64,000 bases of DNA from Octopus sinensis (Eukaryota). Position 1 is the stretch's first letter; each line of letters starts with the position of its first letter. Where the stretch lies: the NCBI RefSeq assembly GCF_006345805.1, contig NC_042997.1, positions 105,710,001 to 105,774,000 on the forward strand. The letters are read 5' to 3'. A program made the translations under genes and the position numbers. This document shows positions 25,501 through 40,160 of the stretch, one piece after another. A model generated the notes under the pieces. The model was not told the origin of the DNA, did no database searches, and saw nothing but the letters and a program-made list of their open reading frames with translations.

Positions 25501-25722
25501 CAACAGATCTCGAGCAGTATTGACCTCGCCGGGTCTTGTGATTAAAGTAGTGCGGGACTGTATGCAATTTTTTTTTTCCCCACGTTATTAAAAGCAGTCA
25601 TATTACTTTGAAGAAATTATAAATGAATATTAAAAAAAATTTTAATCATAAACTTTATTTGTATATTAAACATAAATTATAATGCTTAATATTACAAGGT
25701 TCGCTTCTGTTTTAAATGTCAA

Positions 25723-26210
25723 CTTCTTGAATATGGACACATAGTTTGGCAACCCCAGCATAAGGCAATGTGTTGCGACTTGGAGGATGTTCAGAGGCGT
25801 GCCTCCAAACTCATTGCATCCTTGAAAGAAAAGCCATACCCAGAGCGCTTGGCTGCACTAAATCTGCCTAGTCTCGAACATCGCCGTCTCAATGGGGATA
25901 TGATCAACATGTATAAGTATACGCACGGCCTGTACCTAACCAACTGCCATCAATTCAACTACTTCCAAGGCAGAAATACTAGAGGACACAGCTTGAAATT
26001 GGAAAGATCACACTGCAGGCTCAACATTAGAAGCTGCTTTTTCGTAAAGCGTGTGACCGCCACCTGGAACAGTTTACCAAACAGTGTGGTCGCAGCTCCA
26101 TCAGTCAATGCCTTCAAGAATAGTCTTGAAGCATAATGGAAGGAGCTTCCTGCAGAATTTGACCCTGTCTGTTACTATTAGCTACAACTGTCGAAGTGTT
26201 GTACCACACA
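25723..26210 (+). mobile_element. 5'-truncated CR1-clade LINE (ORF2 C-terminus plus 3' UTR)
   Basis: LEYGHIVWQP..LEDVQRRASKLI..ERLAALNLPSLEHRRLNGDMI..TRGHSLKL..RLNIRSCFF..RV..TWNSLP..VVAAPSVNAFKN (ORF 25768-26136). Confidence 0.9.
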
Positions 26211-26217
26211 TGACAAA

Positions 26218-26604
26218 TCTCTCTATATATAAAGCTGAAGTTGTCTGTGTATGGCAGGTTTGGTAGCCTTCAACTAACACTATCTCCTCCGAGACCCTGC
26301 GGCGCAAGTTGACCAAAATTGAGTGTGTGATAGAAGGTTTGCTCTTCCTTCCGTAGAAGAAAAAGTTCAAATCGGACCATGTTAACACAAATATTATTTA
26401 CACCAAAAAGGTGCTTTTTTTCTATGAAAATTCCTATTTTTTACGATTTTTGACTGCTGTATCGCCATTTTTCGGTGTATTTCAACCAGTAAAATGTTCA
26501 CTTAAAGAGAATAACAAGCTACATAATGCAAAAGTTTTACTTTTCAAAAATTCCAATTCTAAAGGGATGAAACAAACCCGAGCAATGCCGCGCGATTCTG
26601 CTAG
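26218..26604 (+). mobile_element. Non-autonomous Helitron
   Basis: A|TC..TATATATAAA start; subterminal degenerate GC hairpin CCCGAGCAATGCCGCG; end CTAG|T at 26601-26605. Confidence 0.8.
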
Positions 26605-27622
26605 TTAATTGTACAAGTGGAAAAGGACCTGTGAAGAAGCTCCTAGGAGCTTCAACACGGAAACCATTCAGTATCCAGTAAACATATAACTTTTTCTTCT
26701 CGTTCGTAAAAAATGTAATAAAGCGGGTAAAAAAGTAGTGAGTAAATTATTTTTACCGTATTACATAACACAAAAAACAGCAATCCCTGTCTATACAATT
26801 CAGGTTTTAAATTGTGTCAGAGTGCAGTCATGCTGGGGTACCACCTTGAAATCATTTAGTCAATAATACAATTTCCATTACTTATTCTACAAGCATCTTA
26901 CTTATTTTATCGATCTAAGTTGTTTATGAAAATATTAACCGGGATCAATGAAAAGGGTGTCTACTAAGAAATTCTAGTGATGTGAAACATTCATTACTCT
27001 CCTTTAATTGAAATGTATTTCAACTTCTTCTTAATTGTTAGGAAAGGTACACTAGAAACACTTAAGAAGTCTATAAGTGTTTATAGTAAAACAAAAATAT
27101 AGCTAAACTCAACTCTTCATATTGGTAAATGTAATTCATTAATTCCCATCAGTGCGTCTATTTTCAAATTCACTCAAGTGAAGATTCATGAGCATTTTCT
27201 CTTGACAGTCTCAACAATTTTCCAATTTTCATTATCGTTTGTTTTAATGTAACATGGATAATTTTACTGATTACAGAATAAACAGAGTCTTTGTTCAATT
27301 CATGCACATATAGTCAATTTACTTTATAATTTATGTATCATATACGTATGTATATATGATATCAATATGCACAATACGTGTGCTAGCAGAAAACTACCCG
27401 GAGGGCGGTTTTTCTGCTCGTATACTCAATGCCTATTAAGGCTGAAATGCATCTGGGTCTTCGCTAGCTACTGCTACGGCGATTTTTGTTTCGCTCACAT
27501 ATATATTTGTTTTAAATAAAGCACATCAATTGGAGACATTACGAATAGCACAATAAATATTATATTAGATGGCCATATATGATATATATATTATATATAT
27601 ATATATATTATATATATATATA

Positions 27623-27997
27623 CTAGCAGTATCGCCCGGCGTTGCTCAGGTTGTAAGGGAAATAACTATAAAGCATTTTTAGAGAGTTATAGCCAAAAAA
27701 TAGCAAAAAAATGGAAAAAATGATGGTAGATTTTTTTTTGATTGTTAAAAAATGTGGAGTTGCGTCTTCTACACAGTTTGTGGTTTGTGTTCCTGATTCT
27801 CGACCCCATGTCGAATTTATCGATTTTTTCAGAACTGGGGGAACTTTAAAAATTTTCGCTGCGTTAGTTTTGAATTATGACATTGGGCTATGTGTGTGTC
27901 AAGTTTCATCAGAATCGGTTGGAAGCCGTGGTCAGGGTGAGGGTACAAGCAAACAGACACACAGAAACACGCACAGACAAACTACCGTTTATATAGA
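27623..27997 (-). mobile_element. Non-autonomous Helitron
   Basis: Minus strand starts A|TCTATATAAACGGTAGTTTGTCTGTG and ends CCTGAGCAACGCCGGGCGATACTGCTAG|T; the 3' end is homologous to the 26218 element. Confidence 0.82.
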
Positions 27998-28019
27998 TAT
28001 ATATATATATATATATATA

Positions 28020-28071
<52 letters not shown>

Positions 28072-28219
28072 CATACGAACATATACGCGCGCGCTGTGTT
28101 CGTGTACGCATATGTGTATATATATATATATGTATATATATGTGTATATAATACAATACAATACATGCTTGTATTTTAGCAGAATGGTACCTCAGCGTAA
28201 GTACCTAATTCAACTAATT

Positions 28220-28252
<33 letters not shown>

Positions 28253-28517
28253 ATATAAAGCAAGTAAGTAATAAGGATGTCCAAGTATTAATGCATTACG
28301 GCCGTTTCAAGCGGCTCCATATAATCGATCAATGCAAACATTACATCAATTTGAAATACCTCTCCTTCTTCGGGTGCATAAGACAATAAAGGTTTTCAAC
28401 ATGCAGGATACTCCATTATAATTTTTTTAGCAAATTTTTCATTTGGACTAGAGAATAAACAAATTATATGCTTGTTTGTAGCAGAATGGTGCCTCAACGT
28501 ACGTACCTAATTCAACT

Positions 28518-28548
<31 letters not shown>

Positions 28549-29478
28549 TAGTTTTTGTATTTGGTTTGCAAGATTCTTGATGTGTAAACATGTGTTGAAA
28601 CAAATCTTGTTGTGTCTTGGGAGTGTCATTACACCAATAATAATAAACAGATGCACTGATTCAATATCACTTCTTTATTGTCAGTCAATTGTTTAAATAT
28701 CTAATCAACTCAATTGTTTAATGTGTCAATGAAACAATCAATCGATCGTTTATTAGTCAAAGTCTTTTCTTTGCTGTTCGCAACTTATTCTATGACTTAC
28801 CCTCTCTTATTAAGATCTGCCGTGAGTCTGTCCGAGATTCGATCTAATGCCTATTGTATGCACGCTTATATTGGTGTACATGGATGTGCCTTTGCTTAGA
28901 AGAGAAGGTAACAGTAAGAGCAAACGAAGAGTTTGTGTGTGTGTGTGTGCGTACTTGTGTGTATGCTTGTGGGTATATATCCGCGTGACTGCTTGTATGT
29001 GTTTGTATGCTATGTATATATTTATATATACATATATATGTGTGTGTGCATGTGTGTGTGTGAGTGTGTGTGTGTACGACATGATATGATAGATATGATA
29101 TTTGATCATCTAAATTAATAACTACATACTATCGTGTATTCATGTTGGCCTGTACACAAGTGTATATACCCCTGTTTCGATTTGACTTTGTGTATTTTCG
29201 GCTATATAAATAAAAACACACCAATCAGGATGAGAAATGCATGTTTCTTTCTTGTTATGCTTCGATGGATGTTGTTTTTACAATAGATGTTTACACAGAC
29301 CTTCGAAAATAAACATAGTGATAAAACGTGATTCGTTAAATCGTAAAAATTTACAATATCATTGGTGCTCTTGCTTCGCTTAATTCCAACTCAAGGGATT
29401 TCACTTACCAAAAATATCTGTCACCTTATCAATTCCCCATTTCCACTAAGTTGTTGTTGTTGTTGTCTTCTTCTTCTT

Positions 29479-29579
<101 letters not shown>

Positions 29580-31854
29580 GATAGCTCTTAATGTTTTCAC
29601 TTTTGATGCTCTAATATATGCTGACTTTGTTGAACTGGCTTAAAATATTTAGGTTATGACATTTGGTATAGCGTTTGCTATCTATATCAGGATTTCAGTG
29701 TTATGTGTTCAAATCCCTCTTGGTTTGACGTTGCTTTCTATCCATTTAGCGTGTATAAAGTAAATACGAACAGCCAACTCCCTCCAACTGATTCAACTGG
29801 CAATATGAAGCCTTTTCAAAACTCGCCCTGAACCTTATCAAAATATATCTTGCAGTAGTTTTACAGTTTAACGATATAAAATTACATTTTTATATTCATT
29901 AACATCAATGTCATAATCATTAGCATCGTCAATAATGTTGTTGTTGTTGTTCTTGTTGTTGTTATTGATGTTGTTGTTGCTGTTGCTGTCGTCGTTGTTG
30001 TTCTTAGTTCTAGTTGCTTATCACATATTTTAAATAGTTTTACTCAAGTCTCTATTGCACCCGCCAGATGCACCTCTGTGTTTCTGTACCGTGCTCAGTA
30101 TTGTCTTTTGGGGAATGTAGAGATGTGTTTCACGTATACTACATCACTTTCCTTTATTATGGGATTTGTTTTCTTGTTTCTGGTGTTATTTTAGTGTTTC
30201 TTCTGTTGTACAGACTAAGTGCAATTTGTGTTATTTTCTTTCCAATGTGCAACGTGTGTATTAAAAATTGTTATTGATAGTAATATTGTTGATGTTTGTC
30301 GTAAACTGATGTCTGTGAACAGAGCAACAGAAAATTAGATTTGACCATATCTCTTGATAAGAAAACAGACTTGCTTTCAGAAATTTTAGCAATAGGGAAC
30401 TGTTCCATCTTTCGCTCGAATAGTTTTCAATGCACGGGCTCTATTTATGAATTATTTCGTGGCGAAGATATCTGCTTCACATTGTTGCGTGACAGGAGCA
30501 AGTGCATCAATATTACCACCCCTCATCGACCGCCGAGAATAAAGGAAATAACTGATCTGTACGAATCGAAAAACACAGCAGCTTCTCAACGAAAAGCAAC
30601 TGCTGACAGTCCTAGTCGATATGAGGAATAAGTAGCTTATTGGGGAAGAAAGAATGCAATGCTAGGCTTAATATTCAAAACCGAGAACGTAGTAAAAAAA
30701 AAAAACAAAGAAAATAGGGCGCGTTAGAATTAGACCCCTTAGCGGAGAGGCAAATTTTTATATTGGTGTGATTTGAACTCAAACATAAAAAGCCGAAATA
30801 AATACTGGTAAGTATTTTGTTCGACGTTCTAACAATTCCACTACCGTTAATTATATTTTCTTATAACAAGCAAGAGAACGAAAATTCCAACGGGGATACC
30901 CATCGATGCCATCGATGCCATTACATAAGCATATTTTATTTCAAAGATTCTGAAGGGATAAAAAGCACAATTGACCCCAGCAAGATTTGAAATATTTGCA
31001 TGGTACTATCCTAACCTTCTAACGATTCTTTCTGCTTGCCGGCTTTACATTTAGAATTACGGTTTCCAATTTAAGCACAAGGCCAGCATTGCATTTTACT
31101 ACGAAAAGGGTTAGTCAGTTAGATCAACCTCAGTATTAAACTAGGACTTTATTTTATAGACACCAGTGAGAAGAAAAGCAAAATTGACTTTGGTGGTATT
31201 TGAACTCTCAATGTAAACAACCAAAAGAAGGAACGTAAAGCCCAGACAATTCCGCTTATTCACCGCCTTTCAACAACATTAAAAATAACAACAACATAAA
31301 CAACTGCAATAAAGATGTTCATTTTTGTTTAAGACAACAAATTGACACATTTCTTCCATGCAAGTTGGCAAATAACAGTAATTGATGTATTTTTACTTAG
31401 TGCTAGTACTAGTAATACAACAGTAAAATCAACAACAACAGCAACTACTACGACTACAAACTATTGTGGTTGTTGTTGTCGTTGTCGTTCTAGTAACGAA
31501 GTTGTTGTATTTGTTGTTATGCATTATGAGGTCGGATGGGTACTTCATACGATTATGGCAAAGTTACAAATCATTCTTCAGTAAAAATTTTATCATAATT
31601 TATTCCTTATGGGAATTTTTTGAGCTTAAATACATTTGTATCTTTGAGTTGTCAACGAAAAAATTCCCAGTAGTGAAAGAGAATAACATTTGCAATATAT
31701 ACTTCAATGTACAAAAAAACAAAAATTGTTTGATACCATAAGGATAAGTATGTATGTATCTGTGTACGTATGTATGTCTTATGTGGGTATGTATTTATAA
31801 ATGTATGTATGTATTTTTTATGTATATATGTATGTATGTGTGTGTGGGTGCATG

Positions 31855-31930
<76 letters not shown>

Positions 31931-32197
31931 GTATGAATGTGTGTATGCGTGTGCATGCACGTTTGCGTGCATGTGCTACTGTGTGCGTTTGTTTCTAGAA
32001 AAATTGTAAATTTTGTTGATAACACTGTCCCTTGCGATGGAGAGCATAATATTGATATAAGCATGAGATATAAATAAGCAAGTAATAAATACATTCACAT
32101 AAACATTGATACATACATATATACACACATACATATATACATATACATATATGTATGCATATTATATATCACACGCTCACACACATATATATATACA

Positions 32198-32246
<49 letters not shown>

Positions 32247-32248
<2 letters not shown>

Positions 32249-32428
32249 CGGAGGAGTGGCTGTGTGGTAAGAGCTTGCTTCCCAACAACATAGTTCCAGG
32301 TTCAGACCCACTAACTGGTACGTTGAGCAAGTGTCTTCCACTATAGCTTCGGACCGACCAAAAACTTGTGAGTGGATTTGGTTGTCGGAAACTGACAGAA
32401 GCTCATCGTATATATATATATATATATA

Positions 32429-32513
<85 letters not shown>

Positions 32514-32538
32514 CATACATACATATATATATACATAC

Positions 32539-32572
<34 letters not shown>

Positions 32573-32820
32573 GTAGTATGTATGTATGTATGTATGTATG
32601 TAATGTATGTATTTGTGTGTCTGTGTTTGTCGCCCCACCATCGCTTGACAATGGATGTTGTGTTTCGACCCGTACCATAGCGATTCGGCAAAAGAGACCG
32701 AGAGATAAGTACTAGGCTTACAAACAAGTTCTGGTGTCTATTTGTTCTTCTAAAGGCGGTGCTCCATCATGGCCGCAGTCAAAAGACTGAAGCAAGTGAA
32801 CGAAAAAAGAATAAAAGAAT
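32247..32820 (+). mobile_element. tRNA-derived SINE with expanded internal (TA)n
   Basis: GGCGGAGGAGTGGCTGTGTGGTAAGAGCTTGC head through AAGGCGGTGCTCC..GTCAAAAGACTGAAGC tail. Confidence 0.88.
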
Positions 32821-33732
32821 TTACATATACATATACAAACACATATATATTCATACACACATGCACACACAGACAGACAGACACACATACACACACACAC
32901 ACATATATACATATTCATGTTTCTGGGTATGTATATGTATAAATATGAGTGTGTGTAAAGACAGGCGCATGTATTTTTATTTGTAGGCATGTGTAATTCT
33001 ATATATGTACGTATAGGTATGTGTGCGAACGCTGTTATACTATGTGGGTGTAACAAAATGTGTATAAAAGTACACAAAACCTACCGCTGTATGAGAAAAA
33101 TAGATACTCCTTCAGAAAAGTCCTCAAATGTATCATGACATTACTACAAAATGCATAAGTCCGATTTATACATCAACTTAAGGAAGAATATCTAATAACG
33201 TCAATGACAACTTTAAAGAATCGGATACGCTGAATTTATCCTTAGGACAGAAGACATGATACAAATTCCAAGTGGCAGTGGTCATACTTGCAATTGTATA
33301 AGTCACAGAAAATCTAATTTTGTTGGGCTTTCATTGAGTTTCCGTCTACAGAATTTTCTTTACACGGTTATATGGGCACAATTCTGTGGTAGAATACACT
33401 CGTTTAAGGGGCCACGCAGTGAGATGGTTCCCTAAATTATACAGCTGCAATCGAACCATATTAACGATCGTAACCACATAAACATGGCTGCAGAATGGGA
33501 AGGGAATGGAACCGGGGAAAATGGTCGAGGGTTGTAGTGGTGTGAGGTGACTGGGTTGGTGAACCGTTGAGTACTTGATCTGGCAGGGACGTTGTTGGAA
33601 CAAAGTTGAAAAGAGAGATGGCTGGATTGAATGTATTTCAGCAGGGACGAATCTTCAAAGAATCTTCAAAGACACCAAGGATCAGAAGTTATGCCGAAGA
33701 ATATCCGGCTCAGTCTACTCATCTTTCTATCA

Positions 33733-33818
<86 letters not shown>

Positions 33819-34144
33819 TTATCTGTCTGTCTGTCTATCTATTTACCTGTTTACATATCTATCGGTCCGTCTATCTGTCTGTTTGTCTGGGCGTCTGTGT
33901 AACTCTATAGGTGTGGTGTATGGGTGCACTTGCACATGTGTGCTTATATGTATACGACTATACCGTATTTCTGAAAAAAAAAAATTCTGAAAAAAAAAAT
34001 ACAAACTACGATCGGTCCTATATGCAGAGTTGGACCTCGAATAAGCTTCAATGCACTAATCGCAACTTTCTTTTTCTCTGAATGCGTGTTGTAGAAATTA
34101 AGATGCTTCGAATACGTCCAGGTGTCATATATGTTATCAAATGT

Positions 34145-34206
<62 letters not shown>

Positions 34207-34328
34207 AAGAACTTTTTGTAAAAGTTCCTACCGATAATGGTTATATTTCCATACCGAAACTACTCGGTAATAATTGTTGATTTTAAAATTAATAATTATT
34301 TACCCTTATTTTATTAATAATAATAATA

Positions 34329-34519
34329 GGCGCAGGAGTGGCTGGGTGGTAAGTAGCTTGCTTACCAACCACATGGTTCCGGGTTCAGTCCCACTGCGTG
34401 GCATCTTGGGCAAGTCTCTTCTGCTATAGCCTCGGGCCGACCAATGCCTTGTGAATGGATTTGGTAGACGGAAACTGAAAGAAGCCTGTCGTATATATCT
34501 ATATATATATATATATATA

Positions 34520-34570
<51 letters not shown>

Positions 34571-34785
34571 ATGTGTGTGTATATGTTTGTGTGTCTGTGT
34601 TTGTCCCCCTAGCATTGGTTGACAACCGATGCTGGTGTGTTTATGTCCCCGTTACTTAGCGGTTCGGCAAAAAGAGGCCGATAGAATAAGTACCGGGCTT
34701 ACAAAGAATAATCCCCGGGGTCGATCTGCTCGACTAAAGGCGGTGCTCCAGCATGGTTGCAGTCAAATGACTGAAACAAGTAAAA
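34329..34785 (+). mobile_element. Near-complete tRNA-derived SINE
   Basis: GGCGCAGGAGTGGCTGGGTGGTAAGTAGCTTGC..GGTTCCGGGTTCAGTCCC..GTCAAATGACTGAAACAAGTAAAA. Confidence 0.92.
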
Positions 34786-35064
34786 TATATATATATATAT
34801 ATATATAGACTTGTTCGCAATTGTCTGACGAATTGAAACTTGAAAATCTGAGTAACAGTTTCGTGATGTTTTTGCAGCTTTAATAAAAACTAATAAATAT
34901 TATTCTACCTTCGGTATTCCAGTACTATTTTTTCCACCTTGTTTTCATTTATGTGCTTACTCGTGTATATATGTATATATATATATAATATATATATATA
35001 TAGTTAATCCCCCAAAAATGAGACAAAGCACAAGAAGGAAAAAAACAACGATTCAAGGTCTCTA

Positions 35065-35990
35065 GAATAGGATATAATTCCTATCAGTGAGACCAGGATT
35101 TCCAATACACGCGCACTGGCCCCCATGCTCGACTACTATCAGATCTTTGCATCTGTTAGTCAGCCGGGAATGGGAGGTGGAGTGTCAGTGCTGTTTAGGA
35201 AAGAAATGGATCTCGAAGTAATGTCGATCTTCCAGGACCCAGACGGGAAGTTGTTAGTCCTGGACGTGAGCAATAGTGAGCCAAACGGCTGGATTTCTAT
35301 AGGCGCCTGGAAGCCTTTCTAGGTAAGTCTCACCCTTTACTGTCTATAGGGGACTGGAAAGGGAATCTTAGATCAACGCTAGGATTATGTCGAAGTAGCT
35401 GATAGAAGAGGACAGTGCAAAAGCCTCATGCACCTGATCAGTCAGTTCCAACTGTCTGACAGGTAGCGACGAGATTTCCCTAATGCGCCAGTGTAGACCT
35501 CAACCAACCGCTCAGATTACATATAGATTGGAATTTCTCAAGGAAAATAGATAGTAATAATGTAGGATGTCCACTTTCTAAAACGGTGGTCTATTCAGAT
35601 CATCAGTTTGTAATCTGTAATCGACCTAGATAAGACGCGTAGTTTAGGACCTGGTTACTGAAAGCTGAACATGCTTCCAGCACGTAAGGCCTACAGGGAC
35701 CGGGTCAGCAATTTAGTTAAGCAGAAGTTGACAAGGGGGCGCTTGTCAACAACAGGTGGTGGATAGCTCTCAAAAGAGAGATTAGAGTAATATTGATAGG
35801 GTTTAGCAAAGAAATAGTGAAGATAAAAAAATAGAAAGGAGGCGGGGTTAGTAGCTAAACTAGGCGACGCTGTTTGTAGTGGCATTGCAACCGTCGTGCT
35901 AATGGCATTAGACCAGTTCTTCAATGCAAAACATGAATGTTGCTCTAAGAAACGAGGGGAACAGAGCTGTTCGATGAGCCCGCGTGACGG
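35065..35990 (+). mobile_element. Degenerate L1/Tx1-type LINE ORF2 N-terminus (APE endonuclease)
   Basis: ISETR..GGGVSVLFRK..DPDGKLLVLDV..ILD..L.D..YSDHQFV..WKLN-like motifs across broken frames. Confidence 0.75.
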
Positions 35991-36004
35991 AGGCGCAGCG
36001 TGGT

Positions 36005-36135
36005 AACAACACCACAACTGAAGTTAGTGAATGCTGCCATAATTCTTACCTCCAGTTCATCTTTGGTGTAACAAGGAGTTTGTTGGTCTCTCCGCCCAAC
36101 ATATAATAATCAAGTGGGTTGCAGTTTGGGTGTGT
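36005..36135 (-). mobile_element. Tc1-like transposase C-terminal fragment
   Basis: The minus strand gives PNCNPLDYY..ETNK, then (frameshift) TKDELEVRIMAAFTNF. Confidence 0.6.
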
Positions 36136-37663
36136 AATACAAGGTTTGTAAATTATGTCATATAATTTACACAGTGAAAACGTTATCTGATAGAGAATAG
36201 AGAACTGCAAACGTTCGGCAGAGGGGAATAAGTCGGTTTATAATGAAAATTTGACGGTCGATTATGAGCTTCGGAAGAGACGAGCCCGGAGCGGAAGTCG
36301 AAGTAGACTCAACTTTGAATATAATGCATTTGTGTGCAAGTAAATGTTCGTGTGTGTGTACGTCCTCATATGCGAATATATTGAATATTATATGTATATA
36401 TATATATATATCTATGTTGGTATGTATGTATATAAATGTTTGTATGTATGTTTGTACGTATGCATGTATGCTTGTATATATGAACATTTGTATGTGTATA
36501 TGTATGTATGTATGCATGAATGTATGTTTGTATGTATACATTTATGTATATATATATATGTTTGTATGTGTGTATATATGTATGTTTGTAAGTATGTTTG
36601 TATGTCTATTTGTATGTGTTTGTATGTGTGTATTTATGTACGTATGTATATATGTATGTTTGCAGTATGTATGTATGTATGTATGTATGTATGTATGTAT
36701 GTATATGAACACTCAAACGTTTTCATGTCTCACAAATATATAAATACAAAACACGTGCCAGATAACCGACCACTTAGCTTCCAATTAACTTAATAACCTC
36801 CGCTTCCAAAACGTGCGCGCGCACACACACACACACACACAAACAGAAACACACACAAACACACATGCATTCATGCATACGCACACACAAATGCACGTAT
36901 TCTTCAGCCCTCTGCAAGTTTTAAAATTAAAATTAAAAGTCAAAAACAGAACCAAATAAAGCAAAACAAAACAAAAGAAAAAAGAAAAAAAGAAAAGAAA
37001 AGAAAAGAACAATAAAATAAAACACTAACATATCATCATTGCCACCATCTTTCTTCCGTTCTCGGCAATCATAATCATATGCCCCGTTACTCCTCTCTTC
37101 CTTTTGATGACATCTTCATTACAGATTATCACTCCATCATCTCTTCTGTCTTTTGATGATGTCAGCATTAGCACTAACACCGTGATACTTCCTTCGCTTA
37201 TACCTCCACGGCTCGTTATCGCTTTCGACCGTGATAACATCTTCAGATTTCTCTGCCGGTTATTATTAACTTACGTATTTATCTATTTGTATATTTGCTC
37301 GCTTATATATTTGTTTATTCATTTAACTAATAATTTGTCAGGCTCTTTTTCCCGTTTTCTATTTCTTTTATGTATTTTTTTTTCTTTTTTTGTTCCGAAT
37401 TTTTTTTTTTGTTTTCTTTTATTTCAATATACTTTATTTCCTCCTTTGTTTAGCATTTGGTTTTTATTTATTTACACGATGACATTACTTGAATTGTATT
37501 GTACATTGTTGTTCTTATTGTTGTTGCTTTTCTTTTTCATTATTGCGGCTGCTGGTGTTGCTGGTAATTTCATTTTTATTTGGTATACATAAGTGTGTAT
37601 ACACACACGCACACAAACATATGTGTGTGTGCGCGTACGTGTGTATGTGTGTGTGTGTGTATC

Positions 37664-37703
<40 letters not shown>

Positions 37704-37811
37704 CACACACACACATATATATATATATTCATCCATTTATCTATCAATCTCTCTCCCCCTCTCTCTCTCGCTCTCTCTCTATATATATACATATATATAT
37801 ATACATATATA

Positions 37812-37851
<40 letters not shown>

Positions 37852-37871
37852 GCACGATGAGAACAAGTATA

Positions 37872-37924
<53 letters not shown>

Positions 37925-38659
37925 ATATTTGTGTATGTATGAACGTACGTACGTATATATGTTTGTATGTATGCATGTATGTATGCGTGTATTACGTTTA
38001 TTAATTCCTGCGGTTACTCTCTGTCCAGCTGCTTATTGAGATCGTTTGCACTGGTGTTGCTGCAGATGAGGATGAGGATGATGATGATGATGACGATGAC
38101 GATGACGACGACGACAACGATGATGATGGTGATGAAATGCTTGGGTTTATATCGTCATTGTTTCCTCATTGTCATTATGGCTGCGTTGTCTTGCGCCGTT
38201 ATAATATTGTTCCTTGTAATCTTATCGTTCTGTGGCGAGTATACTATTTGTTTTGTCACCGCTGTTGTTTTAACGGTGTTGTTCTTGTTGTTGTTGTTGC
38301 TTCTTTTGGTTGTAGTGATATAGCCTTTGTGTCATTCACTCTGCTCTGTTGCCGCTGTTCAGCTATGTAACTTTTAAGTAATACTGCGGGGGTAATATTT
38401 AGTCAGTCGTGTCACTAATTAAACAACTTCGACTTCGAAACTTTTAATTAATGCACTAGAAATTGAAAAAAAAAATATGCAGATAAACACATACGCACAC
38501 ACACATACACATATACGTGCACATGGATGCACATTCAGATAATAAACACGCGCTTGTTTGCATAAAAGCGTGCATGTAAGAAAGCCCTAACGTCGTAACT
38601 TCAACGATGCACGTACCTATGATGCACATCATCTTATGTAAGCAACTTATAGTAGTAGT

Positions 38660-38698
<39 letters not shown>

Positions 38699-38760
38699 CA
38701 GCAGCAGCAGCAGTAGCAGCAGAAACAGCAGCAGTAGAAGCAGCAGCAGCAGAGTGGTTA

Positions 38761-38912
38761 GGCAGCAATGGCCCAGTGGTTAGGGCAGCAGACTCGCGGT
38801 CGTAAGAATGCGGTTTCGATTCCCATTTCGGACATTGTGAGTGTTTATTGAGCAAAAACACCTAAGCTCTGCGATGCTCCTGCAGGGGTGGACGGGTGAG
38901 CCCCGCTGTACT
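38761..38912 (+). mobile_element. SINE with a tRNA(Arg)-like head
   Basis: GGCCCAGTGGTTAGGGCAGCAGACTCGCGGTCGTAAGAATGCGGTTTCGATTCCC (A and B boxes) continuing into a non-tRNA body; no intact cloverleaf. Confidence 0.7.
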
Positions 38913-39764
38913 CTTTCCATGGAGTAACCCACTATGGTGTGGTAAAACTTTCAGACCCTAGTCTAGATTGCTAATCCTCTGTACCCCAAGATGGTTCAGC
39001 TCTCCACCCGTTAAAAGCCATCTTTTACGAAATGAGGATAACAACGTAGCTTTCGCACCCGTGTAACCGCCAGTATATCGCGTGTGGTGGGTGGATCTTC
39101 AAGTTGACACACGCACTCTTAGTAGCTTAGAGTCGACTCCAATTAGAGGTTATTCTTTGTGGCTAATGGCGTGAGTCCTTACTGGAAGAAGAAGAAGAAG
39201 AAGAAGAAGAAGAAGAAGAAGAAGAAGAAGAAGAAGAAGAAGAACAGCAGCAGCAGCAGAAGCCGCCGTAGCAGCAGTAGCACCCGTAGTAGCTGCTGTT
39301 CTTGTTATTAATATAGCTGTTGTTGTTGATGATGATTGTGTGGTGGTGGTGGTGGTGGTGGTGGTGGTGGTGGTGATGATTATGATGATGCTGTCTACCT
39401 GCCAGGTTTAGCTTGGTTTTAGCAGATCTAAGACCAACGAAGTTTCACTTGTGACCATGCTGTATATTTTGATATCAAGGAATACATTGTCCAATACAGT
39501 ATGATTGAAGGTGATATATTGTGAATTTTATAGGAGATTTAACTGTGTTTTTTCCCCCGTCAGATCGGACGGCGTCACTCTATCGCGTATATATATGCTA
39601 ACATATATATATGCTTATGTGTTGTGTTATGTCATGTTAGTCACTACTGCTGCTGGCAGCATGTAGTTCATTATAATTTATTGCGTGGATCAGTTGCCAG
39701 CGACGAAAAGGGCTCACCGACTAGGATTGCCTAATGAGATGGGCTGCTAGAAACCCATTAAGAC

Positions 39765-40160
39765 AAGGCGGGGAGCTGGCAGAAACGTTAGCACACCGGG
39801 TGAAATGCTTAGCGGTATTTCGCCTGCCGTCATGTTCTGAGTTCAAATTCCGACGATGTCGACTTTACCTTTCATCCTTTCGGGGTCGATTAAATAAGTA
39901 CCAGTTACGCACTTGGGTAGATATAATCGACTTAACCCGTTTGTCTGACCTTGTTTGTCCTCTCTGTGTTTAGCTCCTTGTGGGTAGTAAAGAAATAGGT
40001 ATTTCGTCTGCCGTTAAGTTCTGATTTCAAATTCCGCCGAGGTCGACTTTGCCTTTCATCCTTTCGGGGTCGATAAATTAAGTACCAGTTATGAACTGGT
40101 TCGATGTAATCGACTTAATCCATTTGTCTGTCCTTGTTTTTCCCCTTCTATGTTTAGCCC
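39765..40160 (+). mobile_element. Dimeric SINE
   Basis: GAGCTGGCAGAAACGTTAGCAC head; junction GGGTAGTAAAGAAATAGGTATTTCG at ~39982-40006. Confidence 0.9.

Noticed and set aside
34224-34270. CTACCGA...ATGG/CCAT...GAAACTACTC hammerhead-like remnant
   Set aside because: Needs several core substitutions and lacks a convincing stem I; too degenerate to call.
38761-38835. tRNA-Arg-like sequence
   Set aside because: No complete acceptor stem, and it runs into a SINE body; treated as a SINE head, not a tRNA gene.
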